DNA of 64,000 bases from an uncultured delta proteobacterium. GTDB taxonomy: Bacteria > Myxococcota_A > Polyangia > Fen-1088. How positions within the stretch are numbered: the first letter of the stretch is position 1; each line of letters opens with the position of its first letter. The stretch covers positions 544,001 to 608,000 of the forward strand of contig CAVYGB010000008.1 of NCBI GenBank assembly GCA_963767925.1, written 5' to 3'. The notes below the pieces were generated by a model. It saw nothing but the letters and a program-made list of their open reading frames with translations, was not told where the DNA came from and did no database searches. Below, one piece after another: positions 59,085 through 64,000 of the stretch. The position numbers and the translations under genes were made by a program.

Positions 59085-60077
59085 ATGCGTGAGGACTGGT
59101 TGCTGTGGGTCGCCGAGAACGTCGCCCGCGGCGTCTCCCGGGACGCCCTGCTCGAGATCCTGCGCGAGCACGGCCAGCCCGCCGACGACCTCGCCACCGG
59201 CTCGATCGCCGCGCAGCTCGAGAACATCACCACTCTTCGCCTGCAGCGCCGCCTGGCCAAGTCCCTCTGGATCCTGAACTGCCTCGAGCGCGCCCGGGCC
59301 ACCGCCGACCTCACCGTCGAGCGCCGGCCCACCATCTCCCGTCCCGAGTTCCTCCAGAGCTTCTACGCCCTGTCGCGCCCGCTGGTGCTGACCGAAAGCC
59401 CGGACTTCTTCCGCCAGTTCGACGGGCTCTCCCTGGCCAGCATGCGCCGGGACTTCGGCGACCGCCCGGTGGAGTTCCAGGCCGGCCGCAGCATCGAGCC
59501 GGACTACGAGGTCAAGTCGGCCTCCCTGCGCACCCGGGCGACCCTCGGCGAATTCCTCGATCGCATCGGCGCGGAATCGGGCAACGACGTCTACCTGACC
59601 GCCAACAACGCCCGCTCCAACCGCGCGCTCATGAACGACCTGCTCGGGGAAAGGCGCGGGCCGGTCAATTTGTGTGGTCCGGACTGGGATGTGTCGCAGG
59701 TGTTTCTCTGGCTCGGTCCGGCTGGCTCCGTGACGCCGCTGCACCACGATCTGACCAACAACGCGCTCGCTCAGATCTTCGGACGCAAGCTGGTCCGGCT
59801 CGTGTCGCCCTTCCAGATCGAAAGCCTGTACAACAACCGTCATTGTTACTCGGAGGTCGACCCGGCCGCCGTCGACCTGCAGAAGCACCCGGATTTTGCC
59901 AAGGCCAACGTGCAAACCGTAATGCTGCTGCCGGGTGAAATCCTCTTCATACCGGTTGGCTGGTGGCACCATGTGACGGCGCTGGACGTCTCGGCGTCGC
60001 TGTCGCTGACTTGCTTCGGCGTGCCCAACCAGTACGAGGACATCTACCCGGCGTACCTCTCGGGCAGCGTCTGGTGA
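59085..60077 (+). CDS. JmjC/cupin-like (Cupin_8) 2-oxoglutarate/Fe(II) oxygenase
   Basis: EFLQSFY..SRPLVL, YLTANN, LWLGPAGSVTPLHHD (HxD), QIFGRK, PGEILFIPVGWWHHV (distal His); AGGAG RBS. Confidence 0.9.
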   Translation: MREDWLLWVAENVARGVSRDALLEILREHGQPADDLATGSIAAQLENITTLRLQRRLAKSLWILNCLERARATADLTVERRPTISRPEFLQSFYALSRPLVLTESPDFFRQFDGLSLASMRRDFGDRPVEFQAGRSIEPDYEVKSASLRTRATLGEFLDRIGAESGNDVYLTANNARSNRALMNDLLGERRGPVNLCGPDWDVSQVFLWLGPAGSVTPLHHDLTNNALAQIFGRKLVRLVSPFQIESLYNNRHCYSEVDPAAVDLQKHPDFAKANVQTVMLLPGEILFIPVGWWHHVTALDVSASLSLTCFGVPNQYEDIYPAYLSGSVW

Positions 60078-60316
60078 AGCGGGCGCCCCGCGTCGGCTCG
60101 ATCTGCCAAGCGAAACGCAGCAAATAAAGCGAGGGAGACCACCCTCTGATGTTGCAGTCCGGTTACGCCAATCCTAGATTGGCTCGGCCTTGCATGGTGG
60201 TCGAGTTTCGGCCGCCCGCGAGCAGGTGGGCCGCATCGGGGGGGAACGGCCACTGTCTTGCGGGGGCGAGGGGGGACTGGTGTGGACGCACGTGGCCTCA
60301 GACAGTCGTGTGATTC

Positions 60317-61306
60317 ATGAAACAACCCAAGTTCGTGCTGAGCGGCTGCCTTCTCCTGTTGCTGTCGGCCTGTGACTTCTCCCAGGAAGGCCTCGCCAGC
60401 GCCCAGACGCAGCCTCCGCCCGCCGGCGGCGCGCGTCCTGCGTCGGGTGGCTCGGGTGGCCGCATGCCGGTCGGCGGCAGGCCGGGCGGGGCGGGCGGGC
60501 AAAACACGCCGCCACCACCCGAGACCGTCGACCCGCCGATCCCGGCGTCACCCGACGCGGCGGTCGCCGATGGGTCGGTGTCGCCCGACGGCGCGCCGCC
60601 CGCGTCCGACGCGCCCGACGCGCCCGACGGCGACGCCGCCTCGATGATCAACACCCGGCCGATGGACGCCCCGCCCGCGGCCACCCAGCTCGTGAGCTGT
60701 CCCGCCGAGCAGAGCGCCCTTCGCCTCTGTCTGCGCTTCGAGAACAACCTCGACGACGAATCGTCGCTGGGCCGCACGGTGTCGGGCGAGCAGGTCTCCT
60801 TCGAGGCCGGCGTCCCCAGCGGGGGCCGCGCTGCCCGGCTCAGCTCGCAGACCTCCATCCGGGTCGCCGACTCCGCCGGCCTCGACCTGCTGACCTTCAC
60901 CATCGAGGCCTGGATCAAGCTCGACCGCCTCCCCACCGGCAGCGGGCGGGTCGCGGTCGTCGACAAGGACGGGCGTTACGGGGTGTTCGTGCTCCCCAAC
61001 GGGGCCCTGTCCTGCTCGGCCCGGGGCGCCGCCGCCACCACCTCGGGCGGCGCGATCCCCGCCGGGCAGTGGGTGGCCATCGCCTGCACCGCCACGACCG
61101 GAGCCGTGCAGAGCTGGGTCGCCGGCGAGGAGCGCGCCGAGGCCGCCTCGCCCAGCGGCACGCTGGGCCCGCTGTTGCCGGGCATGGCCATCGGCAGCAA
61201 CATGCCCAGCGGCGACCCGTTGATCGGGTCGCTCGACAACCTGCGGATCTGGAACCGGGTCCTGTCCGAGGGCGAGATCTGCGGCAGCGCCCTCGGCTGC
61301 CAGTAG
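60317..61306 (+). CDS. LamG/concanavalin-like jelly-roll lipoprotein with Pro/Gly/Asp linker
   Basis: Lipobox LLSAC; FTIEAWIK, GQWVAIA, GSLDNLRIWNRVLSEGEI. Confidence 0.85.
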   Translation: MKQPKFVLSGCLLLLLSACDFSQEGLASAQTQPPPAGGARPASGGSGGRMPVGGRPGGAGGQNTPPPPETVDPPIPASPDAAVADGSVSPDGAPPASDAPDAPDGDAASMINTRPMDAPPAATQLVSCPAEQSALRLCLRFENNLDDESSLGRTVSGEQVSFEAGVPSGGRAARLSSQTSIRVADSAGLDLLTFTIEAWIKLDRLPTGSGRVAVVDKDGRYGVFVLPNGALSCSARGAAATTSGGAIPAGQWVAIACTATTGAVQSWVAGEERAEAASPSGTLGPLLPGMAIGSNMPSGDPLIGSLDNLRIWNRVLSEGEICGSALGCQ

Positions 61307-61313
61307 CCGCCGC

Positions 61314-62465
61314 TCAGGGCGCCGGCGTGGGCGCCGCGACCGGGGGCGCGCCTCGCACCCCCAGCTCCAGCTCGAACAGCCCCGCCTGTCCATCGGAATT
61401 GCTGGTCAAGTAGAGCGCCGTCTCCGACCAGCCGTGGCGGCCCGACCCGAAGGCCATACCCCAGAGCTGATCACGATTCAGGTCGGCGAGGAGCTCGCTG
61501 CGGCCGTTCCGGATGCGCCGGACGCCGCCGCCGGGTCCTCCCGAGCTGTAGATGTTGCCGCACTCGTCGACGGCCATGGCGTAGGGGTAGGGGATGTTGC
61601 GGGCGATCACGTTGGCCGGCCCGAGCTGCCCCTGTGGCCGCACCGCGAACGAGACCACCGTGTCCTCGGTCAGCAGGCCGGCGTAAAGCGTCTGGTGGTC
61701 CGGGCTGAAGGCCAGCCCGCCCACCTCGTCATCGGGCGATGCCACAACCCGCTCCTGGCCGGTCGCCGCGTTCACCAGGTAGATGAGGCCGTCGTTGCTG
61801 CTGACGTACAGGCGGTTGCCGGTGCCGACCGCGATCTTCATCGGCGCCTCGGTTTCGGCGGAGAAGAGGACCGCCCGGCTGGGCGGGTTGTAGCGGATGA
61901 CCTCGTCGGCGCTGTAGTCCGCCACCAGCAGGCTGCCGTCGGTCAGGAAGCGCAGCGCGCCGCCCTGGGTCCCGAGCACGCCGCGCAGGATGACCTCGGT
62001 CATGCCGTCGGCCATCCGGATGATGTCGTTGCCGCGGATGAGCAACATCCGACCTTCGGGATCGAAGGTGAAATCATCGCTCGTGATGTTCGGGTTTCGC
62101 AGCCGGACCGACCGGGGGGACCCGGGCAGCGTGGTGCAATTCGTCGCCACCGTGGCCGCGGCATCGGGCGGGGGCGCCTCGACCGCCGCGTCCATGGCCA
62201 CCGGGGGGGGCGGCGGAGGAGGCGGCGGGAGCGGGTCGATGGGCGGGGCAGGGGCCACATCGGTCGGAGCCGCCGAAGCGTCCGGCGGGGGGGCCGGCTC
62301 CTGCGCAGGAGGGTCGATGTTGCTGGGGGGGGGCCCGGCGTCGCTGGTCGCCGGCTGAGGACGCAGGGGGGTGATCAGCCCATGGTCCTTGACCTCGCAC
62401 CCGAAGCTCGAAGCGCCCAGGCACCCGAACAGGATCGACACGCCCAAAAATCGGAAAGCAGGCAT
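61314..62465 (-). CDS. SMP-30/gluconolactonase-like beta-propeller exported protein (probable lipoprotein)
   Basis: Signal with FGC, Pro-rich linker, repeated blades (FDPEGRML, GLAFSPD, MAVDECGNIY, AFGSG..GW...LY). Confidence 0.75.
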   Translation of the reverse strand: MPAFRFLGVSILFGCLGASSFGCEVKDHGLITPLRPQPATSDAGPPPSNIDPPAQEPAPPPDASAAPTDVAPAPPIDPLPPPPPPPPPVAMDAAVEAPPPDAAATVATNCTTLPGSPRSVRLRNPNITSDDFTFDPEGRMLLIRGNDIIRMADGMTEVILRGVLGTQGGALRFLTDGSLLVADYSADEVIRYNPPSRAVLFSAETEAPMKIAVGTGNRLYVSSNDGLIYLVNAATGQERVVASPDDEVGGLAFSPDHQTLYAGLLTEDTVVSFAVRPQGQLGPANVIARNIPYPYAMAVDECGNIYSSGGPGGGVRRIRNGRSELLADLNRDQLWGMAFGSGRHGWSETALYLTSNSDGQAGLFELELGVRGAPPVAAPTPAP

Positions 62466-62714
62466 ACGTACTCCGAGGTTGAGTTGAAGGATGACTCGAC
62501 CACCTACACCGTTTGCCGCTCGGGCCGATGCGTCCCCGCAACGTTGGCCCGTGCTGCGCCAAGCTCGACTATTTGGGACCTGTCACCGGGCCGAAGTCCC
62601 GGACATGTGAGCGCCGTCCGCGACGACGCATAGGGCCACGTCCGGTATATGCCCTAGCAAGTAACGCCGATGATAACAGGTCCCCTCGATAGCCGTGCAG
62701 CCTTCTCCCTGGTC

Positions 62715-63521
62715 TCAGGAACGTCGCGTCATGATGGCGGCGGCGCCGGGCTCAAGTACGCGAAAGGTAAAGGATTCAGTTAGATATAGCTCCACTTCTT
62801 TCTTGTCGTGGTGCGCATATCCGATGGAGAGGTCCTGTCCCAGCCACAGCTCGTAGTCCCCTCCCCGCAGGGACAGGACCACCGCGCCATCGAGGGCGAC
62901 CGTCCGCACCATGGGGCGATCGACGATCGCCTCGACCTGCTTGGCCAGCGGATACCCCTCCAGCAGGGTCGCCCGCACCTGGTCGTAGAGGGCGGCTCCC
63001 AGGACCAGGGCGTAAGGACCGCCGACGCCGGCCTGTCGCAAGGTCTCGCGCGCCGCCAGCACGGCCCGTGGGAGCGCGGCCAGCTCGGCGGGCAGCGGCT
63101 GGGGGGTGTGGGGGCTCGCGCGGATGATCCCGGCGATGTCGGCGGCGGTCAGGCCGTTGAAGATGGCGTTGTCCTCGGCCAGGGCCAGCTTCTCGGCCGC
63201 CCGGACCACCGCGCTGAGGTCGGGATCCTCCGCGCCGCGGGCCACCGAATCGAGCTCGGCGATCTGCAGCCGGATGGGCACACGCAGCTCCACCAGGGGC
63301 TGCACCTTGCGCAGCCCCAGCTCCAGCTCGGGATCGCCGGTGTCGCGCAGGGGCTGCAGGCGGCCCGTGTTGACCGCGGCGAACCGCCAGCCCTGGGGGC
63401 CGCGCACGTCCACCAGCTTGCGGCCCGCCAGGTTCAGCCGCAGCACCCGGGTGGCTTCGTTGTCGATGAACTCCCAGGCTTCGGGGAGGATGGGCGCCAG
63501 ATCGCGCTTGAGTAGGTCCAT
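62715..63521 (-). CDS. Family 1 encapsulin shell protein (Linocin M18 type)
   Basis: MDLLKRDLAPI..AWEFIDNEA, GRKLVDV.GP.GW, RGAEDPDL, AEDNAIFNG, GGPYALVL, GQDLSIGY, LYLTESFTFRV. Confidence 0.95.
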   Translation of the reverse strand: MDLLKRDLAPILPEAWEFIDNEATRVLRLNLAGRKLVDVRGPQGWRFAAVNTGRLQPLRDTGDPELELGLRKVQPLVELRVPIRLQIAELDSVARGAEDPDLSAVVRAAEKLALAEDNAIFNGLTAADIAGIIRASPHTPQPLPAELAALPRAVLAARETLRQAGVGGPYALVLGAALYDQVRATLLEGYPLAKQVEAIVDRPMVRTVALDGAVVLSLRGGDYELWLGQDLSIGYAHHDKKEVELYLTESFTFRVLEPGAAAIMTRRS

Positions 63522-63523
63522 GG

Positions 63524-63922
63524 TCAAACCTCGTCCGTCTTGAGACTGCCGATTGCCAGCGATCCGCTCCCGGTCGGGCGGGGGGGCGCGCCCGCGGGCC
63601 GGGCGCCGGCGCCCCCCGCTGCCTTGGCCGCCTCCTCCACCTCGGTGATCGGCCCCTGGGTGAAAAGATAGGTCCGGGCGTGCTCGGCGAAGCCCTCGTC
63701 GTTGCGGATGAGCCACTCCAGGTTCATGAAGGCGTGCTCGATCTCCTCGTGGCGGTGATGCAGGAGCACCGCCTTGAGCTCGGCGTCGCTGGCCGCCTCG
63801 GCCCGCTGCCCGTACCAGTCGACCGCCTCCAGCTCCTCGATGAGCGAGACGATGGCACGGTGAAGGTTGCGGGTGCGCTCCGACAGTAGCTCGAGTGGCT
63901 CGTGGTAACTCTCGCTGCCCAT
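63524..63922 (-). CDS. Encapsulin-associated ferritin-like cargo protein (EncFtn)
   Basis: HEP, HRAIVSLIEELEAVDWY.QR, H.R.EE.EH..M.LEW, YLFT; C-terminal cargo-loading peptide GSLAIGSLK. Confidence 0.95.
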   Translation of the reverse strand: MGSESYHEPLELLSERTRNLHRAIVSLIEELEAVDWYGQRAEAASDAELKAVLLHHRHEEIEHAFMNLEWLIRNDEGFAEHARTYLFTQGPITEVEEAAKAAGGAGARPAGAPPRPTGSGSLAIGSLKTDEV

Positions 63923-64000
63923 ATGTGACGGCCTCCCTGGCTCGGTGCTGAGGGTCTGAGATCTGGTACCAGCAGGCTAGGTTCGACGGGGTGCTTCGGC

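Noticed and set aside
59039..59092. 17-aa ORF overlapping the JmjC start as a RiPP precursor or leader peptide
   Set aside because: No supporting motif, and the JmjC gene has its own AGGAG RBS; cannot be supported from sequence.
57524..59335. Minus-strand (GV/GT)n, (SE/SA)n and plus-strand (DA/DS)n repeat ORFs
   Set aside because: Alternative frames of the Pro-Thr repeat; no independent start signals or domains.
62715..63521. Phage capsid or bacteriocin
   Set aside because: HK97-fold encapsulin with a cargo gene; no terminase, portal or integrase nearby.

Overview
A very GC-rich bacterial window. Its Cys-rich and Pro-rich lipoproteins resemble those of Myxococcota/deltaproteobacteria (inference). 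It has four blocks. (1) 1-14.3 kb: a flagellin glycosylation island. It holds a complete legionaminic-acid-type (Leg/Ptm/Neu) pathway, an amidotransferase + HisH/HisF-like trio, a GT2-TPR glycosyltransferase and a Maf protein, and converges on a radical SAM/SPASM gene that carries two compensating frameshifts. (2) 14.3-36.2 kb: a flagellar cluster (fliT-like, fliS, fliD, fliC, flgL, flgK, flgN, flgM, flgJ, flgI, flgH, flgA, flgG, flgF, inverted fliJ, fliA, flhG, frameshifted flhF, flhA, flhB, fliR, fliQ, fliP, long fliO, fliN, fliM, fliL) with readable sigma54 and sigma28 promoters. (3) 36.4-46.5 kb: HDOD/degenerate-GGDEF protein, fbp, clostripain-like lipoprotein, prfC, a pseudo-receiver and a YfiR + hybrid kinase pair. 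(4) 47-64 kb: a tandem array of four paralogous Cys-rich lipoproteins. They share one core but end in four different tails: Stig1-like repeats + Pro/Met, 8 x 41-aa Cys repeats, ~300 codons of near-pure polyproline, and ~230 codons of Pro-Thr/Val. A JmjC-type 2OG/Fe(II) oxygenase follows immediately, then LamG and beta-propeller lipoproteins and a ferritin-like cargo + family 1 encapsulin operon. The Cys-rich/Pro-rich array plus JmjC enzyme is the best candidate for an undescribed system. All family calls come from motif recognition by eye; no searches were run.
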